Of a stretch of DNA of 64,000 nucleotides, positions 11,415-23,074 are shown piece after piece. The stretch covers positions 1-64,000 of the forward strand of contig OZ025658.1 in assembly GCA_964019335.1 (NCBI GenBank). The letters are read 5' to 3'. Both the position numbers and the translations under genes were made by a program. Origin of the DNA: Diplonema japonicum. Its lineage: Eukaryota > Protista > Euglenozoa: Diplonemea. Every line of letters starts with the position of its first letter. The first letter of the stretch is position 1. The notes under the pieces are model-generated. The model did not search any database and had not been told where the DNA came from. It saw nothing but the letters and a program-made list of their open reading frames with translations.

Positions 11415-12718
11415 GAGAGAACGAAAAACAGATGCAAGGGGGTACGGGGAGATAAAAAAAGGGGGGGGAAAGAAAAAAAACACAGCCTCCTCCCCCCCCC
11501 CCCCCCCCCCCTACTCTTTAAATATACTTTGGGGGTATAGATATGGTCGTAATCACCCTTTTCAAATAAAAAAGCCCTAGAAAAGGCTACAAGGGGGGGT
11601 TTTTTTTGTTGTATTTTTTTTTAGACCCCTCGTATTAATCCCCCCCCCCCCCCCCCTATATCCGCTGACACCACCGATCTACATGTTATTTGGTTTACAA
11701 GAAAAAATGAAACACAGGGATAAAGAGAATCCCGCTTGAGGACAGTCTTTAAGAAAAAAGGGAGGGGGGGGGGGGGGGGGGGCAGAGAGAGAGAGAGAGA
11801 GAGAGAGGGGTACAACGGAGCGTGGACGTACTCTGTGTTTTGTCAACACACAAATCAAATGGATAAAAAAAAAGATGTGATATGAAGCTAGTTCTATTTC
11901 ATCAGCTGGCGAACGCAATAAAAGAAAGTACGCGAGGAGTGAGGGGGGGGGGGGGGGGGGGGGTCGCAGTGGCCCTTTTTTTTCTCTTTCGCGTATCTAT
12001 TTAATTCTCTCTCATCTCTCTTTTTTTAATTTTTTTTTCCCTTCTCCAACGATTTCTTTTTTTTTTTTCTCTTTTATTTTTTTTCAAAAAAAAGTACATT
12101 TAAACTGCTACTACATCACGCCAACCTGTGAAAAGTGTATTGTTGTTTTGATTTTTTTTTAAGGGGATTTTTTTTTTTTTCCGCTTCTTTTCTTGTTCTT
12201 TCCCAAAATGAAGTGGAAAAAAAAAAAAGAGAGAGAGGAGGAAGAAAGATCCACTTTTTTATGAGTGAAGTGCCAGCAACGACCGAGAAGAAGAAAAAAA
12301 AAGAGAAAAAAAAAAAGCAAAGTTCTTTTGTTCGTGCGTAACAAACAAGATTGCACTTTCTTTTTTTTCTTTTTTTTTTTTGGAGGGAGGGAGTTAAAAA
12401 AGGGCAAAAATAAAATCTAAAAAAAAATGGAATTAAACATAGCCATATGCTGTGCCCCATTTCCGCCCCTTTACTATCGGTCCCCTTTCTGGGGTCCGAC
12501 AGTAAGATGGTTGGATTAGGAAGAAGAAAAAAAAAACAAATATCGGTATAGTTTTCAGAGTGGGGGGGGAGGGGGGAACTTAATAATAAAATACAACAAA
12601 ACGGAAACTAAAAACTATAAAAAGAAAAGCTAGATTCTTTATGGTCCTCCCCTCCCCCCCGGCCAAAAATGCATTTTTTTTTATTCGTTCTCTTTCAAAG
12701 TGGAATTCGATGGTCACC

Positions 12719-14058
12719 TCACCCCATGAGAGGACATTCGAGAGTATGTTTAGAAGCTTTGAACTCAAGTGGACACACCTGGTTAGGAGCACCCACAATT
12801 GTGGTCTTCCTTGGCTTGTGCCTGAAAATAAACGTCATAAACTTGAAGAATCGATCACCATAGGGCTCCGCGGGGATCTGAAAAACACATTTTTTTTTTT
12901 ATTTTTATATACCGTGGACAGCTGGCTTTCAAAAAAAGCAAACTGTTTGCAGCAGTTTGCAAGTTTTTTCGCACCGTGATAGTTTGTCAGAGCATCTATG
13001 ACGCCCATGAAGAATACCTCTGTCCCATCACTGGACACTACACCATTGTGATACCTCAAGGGGGAAAATTTGGGAAAAAAAAAAAAAAAAGAAGAAAAAA
13101 AAATCGCATACCTTTGCACGTTTTCCCGCATTGCTATACTCCCAGACTTCAAGAACGTGTCTAAAGCTTCCCTCGTGAGCCCCAAGTTTTCATCGGTTGA
13201 CGAGACCAGCTTCTTCCGTTGTTCCAACGACAAGTTCGTCTTCACAATGCACAGCAACAGCGAGTAATCCATCAAGTTGTGCGATTTTAAATATTCCGTG
13301 TCCTTCTCCAGCTGGTCTATGAGCCCCTTGTGCATCGAAGATGATACCCTGAAATCCCTGAGAAGATCCTTATCTTTTTTCGTCCCACCCACGGTCCTGC
13401 TAGGGTGAGGGAGCTTTCCCGGCTTCGGGATTCTTCCCTTAAGATCCCAACACTCAATAGGGATCTTCAGCTTACTGGGAACATCATTGATGTTTTCCGA
13501 AACTAATATATACTTAGTCAGCACAACACTGCCGTTTTGGTTTACTTCCTCTATCTTGAGGAGGTTAAGATGTCTCATAATGAGAGAGTTGGGGAATCTT
13601 TCGAAATGAACAAGGTATTGTTTTAATGTATCAATTTGAACTCCGACTTCCTTCTTGTCGATGTTTTTGATGAGGTAGTAGCTGTTCGCAGAGGGGATGA
13701 ACGTTGCTCCTGATTTTCCGGAGCCGAGCGCGCCAGATTGCGGTTTGCTCTTGGTCTCCTCCCACTCTTTTATCCAGTCTTCTCCTGATATGTTATTCCC
13801 AAACCGCGGGTCCTCTCTAAAGTACCGGAAGGCGCGGGGAGAGTAATCGGTGATCCTGAACTGGCTGCCGGAAGCGGGTGTGAGTTTATCATCGAGGACC
13901 ACCTCCACCCTGCAGTCCTCTGTCGACAGCGGGCGGTCTGTGTTGACTCCCGGCTGCTGCTGAGACGCCTTCGCCGAGTTGATTATCGCTGACGCGATGA
14001 GCTCGGCACCCCATGTCAGGCCGCTGGCGTCATAGAACAGCGAGAAGCAACACGCCAT
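12719..14058 (-). CDS. Phosphatidylinositol-phosphate kinase (PIP5K family); introns 12878-12912 and 13055-13111
   Basis: DYSPRAFRYFR, GSGKSGATF, YYLIKNI, WDLKG, KDKD, LMDYSLL, MGVIDAL. Splicing restores QLST|IPAEPYGDRFFKFM; stop inferred at 12719. Confidence 0.92.
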
Positions 14059-14285
14059 CCTACCACTGTGGTGCTTTTGGGTAATGTGGTAAGAAAAAAA
14101 AAAATCTTTTTTTTTATTAAAACACCACGCGGCACGCTCGGAGGGTCATCTCGGAAGAGACCTCAAAAATGGGGGGGGGGGGGAAAGGGGGGGTATTAAA
14201 GTCAGAAAAAAGTTTAAAAAAAACTGGATTAACAATCTGTCGCTTTGCCCCAGCATTCGATCGTTGTTTTTTCTTTCTTCGTGTA

Positions 14286-15361
14286 TCAGTACCCGTGGGC
14301 TTTGTCCGCCGGTGAGAACCACTCGCTCTTCTCTGTGAAGGCCTTGAAATTCTTCTCCCACACGCCCCACCCAAGCTCCGCGAAGTCGCCGGTTAAATCT
14401 GCGTTGTGCGCCGACAACAGCAGGTTCTCGCACTCCCACAGCTTGGAGTCCTCAGGTAGCGGCTCCTTCTTGAAGACATCGAGCGCCGCACCTCCTAGAT
14501 GCCCCTGGAGCGCGTCGTAAAGGGCATCTTCGTCGACAACAACACCCCTCCCAATGGAGATGAAGTGGCTGCCCTTCTTCATATGACCGAAGGCCTCCTT
14601 GTCGAAGAAATCCCTGTGATGGATAAAGGGTATAGTGTGAAGTGGTGGGTATCATACACAGTGTCAGGTGTGCCAGGCAGAACGGAGACAACAAAGTCAC
14701 ACTGCGCGAACATCTCCTCCTTTTGTTGTGGACTAAAGACACCGTCTGCAAGGTCATCGCTTGACTTGGCCGTGTCCCTGTGGTTGTGGGTGTGGTGTGT
14801 CGTGGGGTCTGCATACCTACGCATTGCCAGGACCTTCATCCCGAACTGTTTCGCCAGCCTTGCCGCTGCTTTTGAAATGTGCCCGAACCCCACAAAGCCA
14901 ATGGTCTTCCTCTCCACAACATTCATCACGAACCTGTCCCACTTCTTCTCCTGCCTGTTCGCCATGCACCGCGGGATTTGCTTGTTGAAGTGAAGCACTG
15001 ACGTCATTACCCACTCCGCCAGAGAGCTGGAGAAGGCTCCACGCCCATTGGTCAGCGGGATGTCAGTTCCACGGCCAGCAAGAAGGCATTCCTTAATGAA
15101 AGGATGCATCGCATCGATGCCTGCGGTGAAGGAGTGCACCCACTTCACGTTCGGCAAGCTGGGCCACAAGTCAGTAAGCTGCGCCGCCCACGACTTGTCC
15201 GTGCAGAATGCAATCAGCATCTCCACGTCCTCCAAAGAGCCTTTCTTCAGTTCGCTGGACTCGCCGATCAAGAAGTCCACGCCCGGCACCTTGGGGTGCA
15301 GCTTCATGATCGGGTGGCTCGGATTGGCAACGACAGCCACTCGCCTAATCGTGTTGCTCAT
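14286..15361 (-). CDS. D-isomer-specific 2-hydroxyacid dehydrogenase; introns 14614-14657 and 14778-14816
   Basis: GFVGFGHI Rossmann motif, VLPGTPDT, ISIGRG, AALDVFKKEPLP, SAHNAD. The start could alternatively be 15430. Confidence 0.92.
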
Positions 15362-15471
15362 GTTTAACCTGTAACCTGTGAATGGTGTTGCAAGCGATAC
15401 GTGTGAAAGGCGCCACTTACTCGAAGTCATTATCGTTACATATACAATGATTACAATCTAATGGTCTACAT

Positions 15472-17652
15472 TTAGTACATCTCGTCCGCCTTCTCCACCA
15501 CAATCGAGACATCGTGCTGCCAGAAGCCGCTCTGGTTCACCTCCCATCGGGTGAGCATGTACGGTGGGGTGGAGGTGGACTTGATGGGCTCCGAGCGAAG
15601 CAGAGCTTTGTTGGACTTCACCTTGTTGAGGATCTTGGAGTAGCCTTGCCCCTCGCCCACGACGAGGAACCACCGCATTCGGCTGGCGCTGTCCATGCTT
15701 ACAATGAACCACTTGTCGTTGTTTGAAACCCATGCCAGTGCTGCAGACGTTTGCTGTCTGATGTACAGTCCCTCCGCATGCTGCACCTTGGGGGCGTGCA
15801 CCCACATTTTCGCATCGTCCCGGGCACTTAAGTCCGCCCGTGCCTCTGCTTCTTCCGCAGGCTGCGGGCTGCAGTGTCTCGACTGTGGGTACACCTTGAA
15901 CGCCGAAGGCGAAATACACCTGTCCTCCTTCACAGGCACGGGAACAGGGGACATCTTCCCACCGCCGTAGTCCGCCATTGTCTTTTTCACGTTCAGCACA
16001 GGGGCCTGGAACTTGTCTTGCTTCATCCCTATAAAGTTCTTCTCCTGTCTGCTGCTCACATCGGGCGTCGCCATCCCCAGTGGAAGGGGCGCTTCAAATG
16101 CGCGTTCCGGCTGCTTTGCCACGCTCAAGATGGAAGACGTAGGTGTTATCATCTGCTTGCTGTAAGGCGTGTGCAGCGTCGAAGGAGCCGGCACGGGATC
16201 CAAGTCGAACTTCCTGACTGGGGACAACTTCTTCCCCATCATGTTGGGTGGTGGACTGACAAGGTTCCTCTCGGGTATTGGTTGCACCATCACAGAGGCG
16301 GTATCGCTGGGCGTGGGATTGCGGAACTGCTCCTTCTTCATCAAGGCCAGTTCGTTCTCTCGCTCCGTCAGGCGCATCAACACGTTCTTCAGTTCCTTCT
16401 CCGCCTCCACCAACAACGTCGGCATCCCACGCAGTTCAAGCACTTCTTTTTCAGCTTTGATAAGGCGCTGCTTGTCCGTCGCTGCCTCGTTCTGCCGCAC
16501 CAGGGCATTCTCGTACTCACCAATCTGCCGCTTCAGCACAACCAGTTGGTGTTCTGCTTGTGTAGCCCTTCTGTTGTTTTCCAGAGCCTCGCTCTGTGCT
16601 GTGTTCAGTTTCGTCTCCACATCCCTTTCCTTTTTTTCCAACGAAAGCTTCTGCAGTGAAGTCTCCCTCTCCATCTTCCTTTGCGCCTCCGTCATACTCG
16701 CGCTCTCTTGTTCCAGTCGTCGTATATGCTCGTTCATGTCCCTGGCCTGTGCCTCTGCTTGAAGCAGCTTTTGCACGATCTCTTTTGTCTCCATTTCCTG
16801 CTGCGAGGCGCGCTCTCGCTCCCTTTCAAGCTCTGCCTCCGTGCTTAGCACCTTTGGCCGCATGACCCCGATCTCGTACTCGGCCCTCTGCAGCCTGCTG
16901 TCGACGCCTTTGAGATGGTTGTTCTTGGCTTCCAGCTCTTCACGCAGGCGGGAGATCTCTGTGGTGTCACCTTGCAAGCTGTCAAGTAGTGTCCTGTGCT
17001 CCACTTGGAGGCGCTGTAGGTCCTCTTCGAGGCGAGTGTTTGCTTGGCGCACGGTGTCGCTGTCCTCCTGCAGGGCGTCGCACTGCTGCATGAGGGCATC
17101 GACCTGCGCGTCGGCAAGCTTGAGACGCTCGTCTGCTGTGGAGGGTGTCACGCTGGCAACGCGGGCGGTGAACGTGCGTTGGGGGCTTTGCACTTTAGAC
17201 TGCGGTGGTGATGAGGCACGAGCGGTGAGGGAGAGCACTTCGGGGAGCATCGCAACGCCAATGCTCTGGTCGATGTGCCACCCCTCGCCGTCGCCGACCT
17301 GCCACTCCTTGATGAGGTGGGGCATCGTGCCTTTGTGCCTCCCGACACTGGCGATCAACCCAGAGCTGTCAGGTGACTTCAGAGACATGTTATCGTCTGA
17401 TATCATCCAGCCACCAGCCCGTGTGGAGAAGAGCCAGTGCATGCTGTCTGTGCTTGCCCACGCTGGGTGTCCGTTGACCTGTATAGTTAAACAGCACTTG
17501 TTGCATACCTCTTCTGTCATCAGGACGTACGTCCCGCTGCAGTGCTCTGCATGGAACATCGAGGACACCAGCAACTTATCCGGCTGTTGTTTTGTTTTGT
17601 TATGTTTTGTTTTGTTGTTGGTTGCTCTTGGGCATACCACGGGCGACACCAT
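15472..17652 (-). CDS. Coiled-coil protein with N-terminal Trp/Gly-rich module; introns 17479-17508 and 17584-17637
   Basis: Long ORF with heptad-rich middle; N-terminal GTY..NGHPAW..WLFST..GGWMI..HKGTMP..W module that I recall as recurrent in diplonemid proteins (unverified). Start uncertain; may be spliced to the upstream ORF. Confidence 0.75.
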   Translation of the reverse strand: MVSPVVCPRATNNKTKHNKTKQQPDKLLVSSMFHAEHCSGTYVLMTEEVCNKCCLTIQVNGHPAWASTDSMHWLFSTRAGGWMISDDNMSLKSPDSSGLIASVGRHKGTMPHLIKEWQVGDGEGWHIDQSIGVAMLPEVLSLTARASSPPQSKVQSPQRTFTARVASVTPSTADERLKLADAQVDALMQQCDALQEDSDTVRQANTRLEEDLQRLQVEHRTLLDSLQGDTTEISRLREELEAKNNHLKGVDSRLQRAEYEIGVMRPKVLSTEAELERERERASQQEMETKEIVQKLLQAEAQARDMNEHIRRLEQESASMTEAQRKMERETSLQKLSLEKKERDVETKLNTAQSEALENNRRATQAEHQLVVLKRQIGEYENALVRQNEAATDKQRLIKAEKEVLELRGMPTLLVEAEKELKNVLMRLTERENELALMKKEQFRNPTPSDTASVMVQPIPERNLVSPPPNMMGKKLSPVRKFDLDPVPAPSTLHTPYSKQMITPTSSILSVAKQPERAFEAPLPLGMATPDVSSRQEKNFIGMKQDKFQAPVLNVKKTMADYGGGKMSPVPVPVKEDRCISPSAFKVYPQSRHCSPQPAEEAEARADLSARDDAKMWVHAPKVQHAEGLYIRQQTSAALAWVSNNDKWFIVSMDSASRMRWFLVVGEGQGYSKILNKVKSNKALLRSEPIKSTSTPPYMLTRWEVNQSGFWQHDVSIVVEKADEMY

Positions 17653-17828
17653 GACAGCACCTTGCGCCCCTTGTTTGTGTTTCCCCCAACCTTTTGACTT
17701 GTTTGGATACGACTTTAGCAACAACAAAAAAAGATTACAGCTACATAATAATACAACTATGGAAGAAGAAAAAATACAAACAAGAAAAATAAATGTACAA
17801 GAAAAAGAGAAGGGAAACCTATCGGTGG

Positions 17829-18377
17829 TCAGCGTGCCCTTTGGTTCCTGAGAGGTGAGTAGTCGTACTCCCAATCACGGCACTGCTGCCTTACGGTGTA
17901 CCTGTCTGTATCTAAAGTGGTGCCATTGGGGTGGGTTGGGAGAGGATGGTTGCCAACAGGCGAATACTCCACTTGCGCACCATAATAAGGAGACTGCTGC
18001 TTCGCAGGGGAAGCAGAAGGAGAACTGCGCTTGGGACGGGCAGGTGTAAGTCCTTTGCGGTGGATACTGCCACCAGTGGCCGAGCCCGAAGTGCCCAGCG
18101 GCTCTTCTTCAACCTTAGTCCATATGTCACCATCAGTCCATTCGATACTTGTGTGAGTGCTGCTCACCTTGATGGCAACACCCATCAGCATCACTATGTT
18201 TTTGGTAGGCAGCTCAAGTGTCGTGGTGCTCCCCGTCTGCTCGCAAGTTACTTCGAACCCATGCACCATATGCAACAGCCCACTCCCTGAGTGCCACCTC
18301 CCCTGCAGTGCCTTCACCCACTCCAACGCCCCACCGTACCTCGGTATGTGCATCTCGGCCATTATTCCCTGTTGCAT
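17829..18377 (-). CDS. Hypothetical protein (LQGRW...IEWTDGDIWTK motif)
   Basis: Co-oriented high-complexity ORF; start taken at MQQGIM after a pyrimidine tract. Confidence 0.65.
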   Translation of the reverse strand: MQQGIMAEMHIPRYGGALEWVKALQGRWHSGSGLLHMVHGFEVTCEQTGSTTTLELPTKNIVMLMGVAIKVSSTHTSIEWTDGDIWTKVEEEPLGTSGSATGGSIHRKGLTPARPKRSSPSASPAKQQSPYYGAQVEYSPVGNHPLPTHPNGTTLDTDRYTVRQQCRDWEYDYSPLRNQRAR

Positions 18378-18502
18378 TGAAAACAAACGAAATGGGGAAA
18401 GGGGGTGCGTAATACCGGGGCGTGAAGAAAGGGGTGATTTATAGGAGGAAGGGAGGGGTACTTTGTTCTTTGGAAAAAAAAAGAAGAAAAACAAAAAAAG
18501 TC

Positions 18503-21500
18503 TCACAGCTTCGAACGCGCGAACTTCATTTTCTTTTTCAGCTCCTCCGCTCTGTTAAGGCCCAAGGATGCCAAGTAGCTGTCTTCAACTTCGAGTGTTT
18601 TCATGAAGCGGGGTGCGGGGAGCGGCGACGGCTCGCCCTCCACATGCCGCACTCTGTTGAGGTAGAAGAACTCGTCGTGGTACACCTCGAAGCGGAAGGC
18701 GACACGGATGTCGGGGACGTTCGTCTTGCGCTCGTCGTTGGAAAGGGAAGAGTCAAGGTGGTAGAAGACACCGCCCCACATCCTCTTCGTTTCGTGTGAG
18801 AACCCGCACTGCCTCGTGCTGTTGCGTGCAATCTCGCAAAGGTCGGTGCTGCTCAACCTCCACAACTTTGAGGACACAGAATACTCCTCCACAAGCGGCT
18901 CCTGCGTCTGATGGAAGAACAGCGGATCGTCCGTACTCAGGGACACATTCAAACCCCTCTTAAAAAAGTCGGGGAATGGGCTCTGCTCCAAGTCAAGAAA
19001 CAGCGAGTTGTTGCTCAGCGGCGACACAGCAATAGGAATGTGCCCGAGGTAGAACAGGTACTGCAAAACGGGAGCGAGACGCAGCTGGATACCATGCGAC
19101 ACACCGTCGGCGGTTAAGAATGTGGACGCTAAGTGCTTGGGGTCACCGCACTCCCCGCAATGGGGTCTGAACGATAGCGTTGTCTGCCCTCTGCTTGCAC
19201 GGTACGTGTTGAGCGCTTTGATGTTAGCCCACATGTAGTACATCCAATACGCGTAAGGGGGGTTCTCAAAGGACTGCCACTTGTTAGGGTTGGGCACACC
19301 TTCCATCTCCGCGTCGACTATGTGCTCGCTGTCAACGCTGTCGAAGCCAGACGTGTGCTTCAGGAAGTGGTCCAGCTGCGGGTGACGCCCCGGGAAGGCA
19401 CTGGCCTCCCACAACGGGAGGAATATGTTCCTCAAGATGTCGCCGAAACACGCCACGTTCTTGTTCTTCTTCAGCACCGAATACAGCCTTGGGACTTGTA
19501 TTAACCATTTGTTTTTGGTACTGCCCATCCCGTGCGTGGAGTGCCACGATGCTAGCTTCTCCCATTCGGTCGGGGACTTCCCGTAAATCGACAACCTGAA
19601 CTCAGAAAAGTGGTTCGGCGCCATCTTACGAAACGTCTTTTTAATAAGCTCTGCAAAGTACCTACCCTCAAGCACGTCTGTCCCGTCGGGTTGGGTGGTG
19701 TCTGTCTTGAGGAAGATGGTACGCAGGTCGGTCTTGCCGAGGGGGGAATATTTTGAGTTGAAGTTATCGAATCGTTCGAAGACGGTGGCGTCGGCTTGAA
19801 CACCGAGGGAGGACACAGTGAGGTCGGGTGCAGAGACGTTAAGCCTGTCCATGATGTCTTGAAGAGTCACGACCTTCCTGTTGTGAGCACCTTCTGTGCC
19901 CTCGACTTTGATGACATCGTCGCCTTGGTACTGCACCTTCCCACGTATGAAGTCAAGCAGCTCGGAGGCAGGCATTCCTCCTGCCATGTGGACGTGAGTG
20001 TCGACGATGGTTGCCTGGTAGAAGTCCCTGTGGTCGCTCATGTTCACAACCCTTCCTACCACATCGTTTCCTGTCTCTTCTAACAACCGCAGGGATGAGT
20101 GTATCTCGAACTTGTTCGTCAGCATCTTCAACCTCCTTGTGCAGAATTCCTTGACCTTCTTGTCCCCCGCAGTGCTGCACACCTTGCTGTAGTCTCTGAT
20201 GTATTCCTCAAGCGACACACTCGCCTTCCCCACGCTGAACACCCCATCCTCATGGAAACCTTTTGTGATGCTCTCCAGCACATTGTCGCCCATGTCCTCG
20301 ACCTTCCCAGGTGCCATGTACTTCTCCCGCATCACTAGGCATTCTCGGATCAACTCAGCGGCTGCTGCTAAAGGCGAACCTTGCTTCTCAGGTGGGCCGT
20401 TGATGTCGAGCCTGCCTAGCTTGATGTACGACTCGAGGGCCAGCTGGTCGAAACCGCGCATCTTCCCTGTGGGGGAGGATTTGCTTGCGCTGCAAGACCC
20501 AGCAAGCACCTCATGCTCCTGTATGTGGGTGCGCCGTCTGAAAGCAATTCTTTCGTCGGGCACAATGTGTGCGATGGCAGGGTGCGCCAAAGGGTGCGTT
20601 GTTTGATGGGAGTGCACGGCAAGCTCGGTCATGTCGGTGTCGGACAGCTCGAAGACAGTGATGGCGACAGACATCTCTGACACAAGGCCGTCCTTTTTGG
20701 GCACGACGGTGACCTGTAGACCTCGTGCGAAGAGGGACTTGAACGGGTGCTTGCTGAAAGGTACTCCAGCATGCTGTGCCTCTGCAATGGGCGATGCCAA
20801 GACACGGATCTTGGAGAGATAGTACAAATACTGCAAAACACTGTGCGGCTGGAGATGATGAGACCCCGCAACGGACCGACACAGAAGGAAGGCGGCGATA
20901 AGATGATCGCGGTTTGTAGCCTTCATGCTGAGCTGCACCTCACGCCTGCCTTGCGACCTGCGGAGGTTATTGAGAACGATCACCCGCTTCCAAATATGGT
21001 ACAAGAGCAGCGCATCAGGCACATTTGTAACCGGAGATGCAAGAGGGACTGGTGCCAGGTCGGGCATGACATTAATGTTTCGTCCCTCCAGAATGATCTC
21101 TATACAGGTAGATGGCACGTTGAGGGACTGATCGAGGAATTCCTCAAGAGGTTCACTGTGCCCGTCAGGTCTCACGGTGAGAAGAGTAGCTTGCGAGTGT
21201 GTGAACACAGGGAGTTTTAAGGTGTTGATATCGTGGCTTTCCTCCACGTCCTTGTTAAGGATTTTAAACATTGAGTACTTCCTCTCTAGAATGTCAAGTC
21301 GGTTCTTACAAGCAGATCTGCACGAGCCCTCGTGCACTGTCCTCCTCAGTTCCTCCATGTCGTTCCTGAACTCTTCGATTTCTTTTTTGTCGTCAAGTGC
21401 TTCCCGTGCCTCCCCCCTTGCCATCCATGTGTTGCGCAGAAAAACCGCTTGGCTCAGACTAGCCGCCGCCACCTGTAACTCCCTTCCACCGTTGTCGCCT

Positions 21501-21535
21501 ACTATGTTCACTCGGTGGTAGAATGGCGTCTCCAT
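18503..21535 (-). CDS. AMPD: AMP deaminase with degenerate N-terminal duplicate domain and PTS1 (-SKL)
   Basis: VDTHVHM, FDNFNSKYSP, FRPHCGECG, SPLSNNSLF, SLSTDDPLFFH; ends ARSKL. Confidence 0.95.
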   Translation of the reverse strand: METPFYHRVNIVGDNGGRELQVAAASLSQAVFLRNTWMARGEAREALDDKKEIEEFRNDMEELRRTVHEGSCRSACKNRLDILERKYSMFKILNKDVEESHDINTLKLPVFTHSQATLLTVRPDGHSEPLEEFLDQSLNVPSTCIEIILEGRNINVMPDLAPVPLASPVTNVPDALLLYHIWKRVIVLNNLRRSQGRREVQLSMKATNRDHLIAAFLLCRSVAGSHHLQPHSVLQYLYYLSKIRVLASPIAEAQHAGVPFSKHPFKSLFARGLQVTVVPKKDGLVSEMSVAITVFELSDTDMTELAVHSHQTTHPLAHPAIAHIVPDERIAFRRRTHIQEHEVLAGSCSASKSSPTGKMRGFDQLALESYIKLGRLDINGPPEKQGSPLAAAAELIRECLVMREKYMAPGKVEDMGDNVLESITKGFHEDGVFSVGKASVSLEEYIRDYSKVCSTAGDKKVKEFCTRRLKMLTNKFEIHSSLRLLEETGNDVVGRVVNMSDHRDFYQATIVDTHVHMAGGMPASELLDFIRGKVQYQGDDVIKVEGTEGAHNRKVVTLQDIMDRLNVSAPDLTVSSLGVQADATVFERFDNFNSKYSPLGKTDLRTIFLKTDTTQPDGTDVLEGRYFAELIKKTFRKMAPNHFSEFRLSIYGKSPTEWEKLASWHSTHGMGSTKNKWLIQVPRLYSVLKKNKNVACFGDILRNIFLPLWEASAFPGRHPQLDHFLKHTSGFDSVDSEHIVDAEMEGVPNPNKWQSFENPPYAYWMYYMWANIKALNTYRASRGQTTLSFRPHCGECGDPKHLASTFLTADGVSHGIQLRLAPVLQYLFYLGHIPIAVSPLSNNSLFLDLEQSPFPDFFKRGLNVSLSTDDPLFFHQTQEPLVEEYSVSSKLWRLSSTDLCEIARNSTRQCGFSHETKRMWGGVFYHLDSSLSNDERKTNVPDIRVAFRFEVYHDEFFYLNRVRHVEGEPSPLPAPRFMKTLEVEDSYLASLGLNRAEELKKKMKFARSKL

Positions 21536-22023
21536 CTTTTTTCTTTTTTTGCTGTTTTTATAGGGAAAAGAAACATAATGAATAAAGTATAAAAAAATAA
21601 AAGACTTTAAAAAGAAAAGAGAGCCAAACGAACAAAAAGGAAAAAAGGGGTAATAAAAAGGGGTATTAGGGTAAGGGGGCGACAACGCATGTGATACTGT
21701 GTTCCTTTTTTTTTTCTTTTTCCTTGGCGATTCTTTTTTCCTTTTTTTTTTTTCTCTCTTTTTTTTGCTGTTGAAACCAGATGCATACGTGCCAGCAAGA
21801 AAACACGAATAAAGAAATCTCCGTTTTCTCCCCTACGTCCCCCCCCCCCCCTTTTCTTCCCTCCCATTTTTTTTAAAAAAAAGATTTCTCTTTCGCGTTG
21901 CTTCGATTTTTTTTTTCTTTCCTCATTTTTCTTTTTTTCATTCTTTTTATTGTGTGTCGTAAAAAATAAAAATAAAAAAAAACACCAAAGGAAAAAATAA
22001 GGGGGGCTGAAAAAAGGATTACA

Positions 22024-22065
<42 letters not shown>

Positions 22066-22684
22066 ATCAGTCACGCTATGACAAGGTTATTTCTTTAAAC
22101 TTAGATGTGAGGGGTTGTCAAAACAAAAAAAAAAAAGGAACAAGACGCAGGTGACGCTTGACGGGGTAAACAAATCTCTCAAAAAAAAATTAGAACGTCA
22201 TATACTACAAGAGCCACAGACCTTGCGCACTGTGCCACGCAGCTCTAAGTTTCGACATACGGGGTTGCTGTCTTCCCCTTGAAACAAAAAAAAGAAAAGG
22301 GCCAGGGTAGAAAGGGAGACGAATTGTTGTGAGAAAATCCAACAAAAACTTCAGTGTGGGAAGAGAAAGGAAATTATACTGGATCATGAGAGTACATAAA
22401 GAGCTATTTCTTTTTTACTGAAATAGAACATATTTATAAATCCACTTCTTTTTCGACTTGCTAAAGCCGCACCCACTAGGTGGGTTGGAAGTGCCTCTGC
22501 TGCTTCCAGCACTAAGGGTGTCTCCTAACAAACCCGAACACCTCTTTCAGCCCACGGGAGGAGAAAAAAAAATATAAGGGGTGTGAGATGATCATGAAAA
22601 AAAAGAAGAATCGTAACAGAATTATCAAGACAGAAAAAAAAAAAGTGTGGATGCATGAGGTGAAATAAAACAAAAAATGGCACA

Positions 22685-22716
<32 letters not shown>

Positions 22717-23074
22717 AAGCTCCCGCCTTCACATGCTGGACCTTGCTGAACAAGGGGAGGGATATGTCCCGTATCGGGTAGCTTCGGGCATATCTCGGGA
22801 ATCCTCTAGGTGCTGTCCTCCTCAGTGGCACCCTTCAAGGGCTCCAAAAAAAAAAGTTAGAGAGGATTCCTTCCCCCCCCCCCCCCCCCCGAACAGAAAA
22901 CTACCACGAACCTTTTTACTTTTTTTTTAAATCACTGTAAAAGTCTTCTTTTTTTCTTCTCGCTTTTTTGTCAGTCTGGAAAGCCTGGCCCCCTTACAGT
23001 TATATATATATATTTTTTTTTTAATAAAAGAAGAAAAAAAAAAAGAAAAAAAGCCCCACCCATTAGATAAAGCA

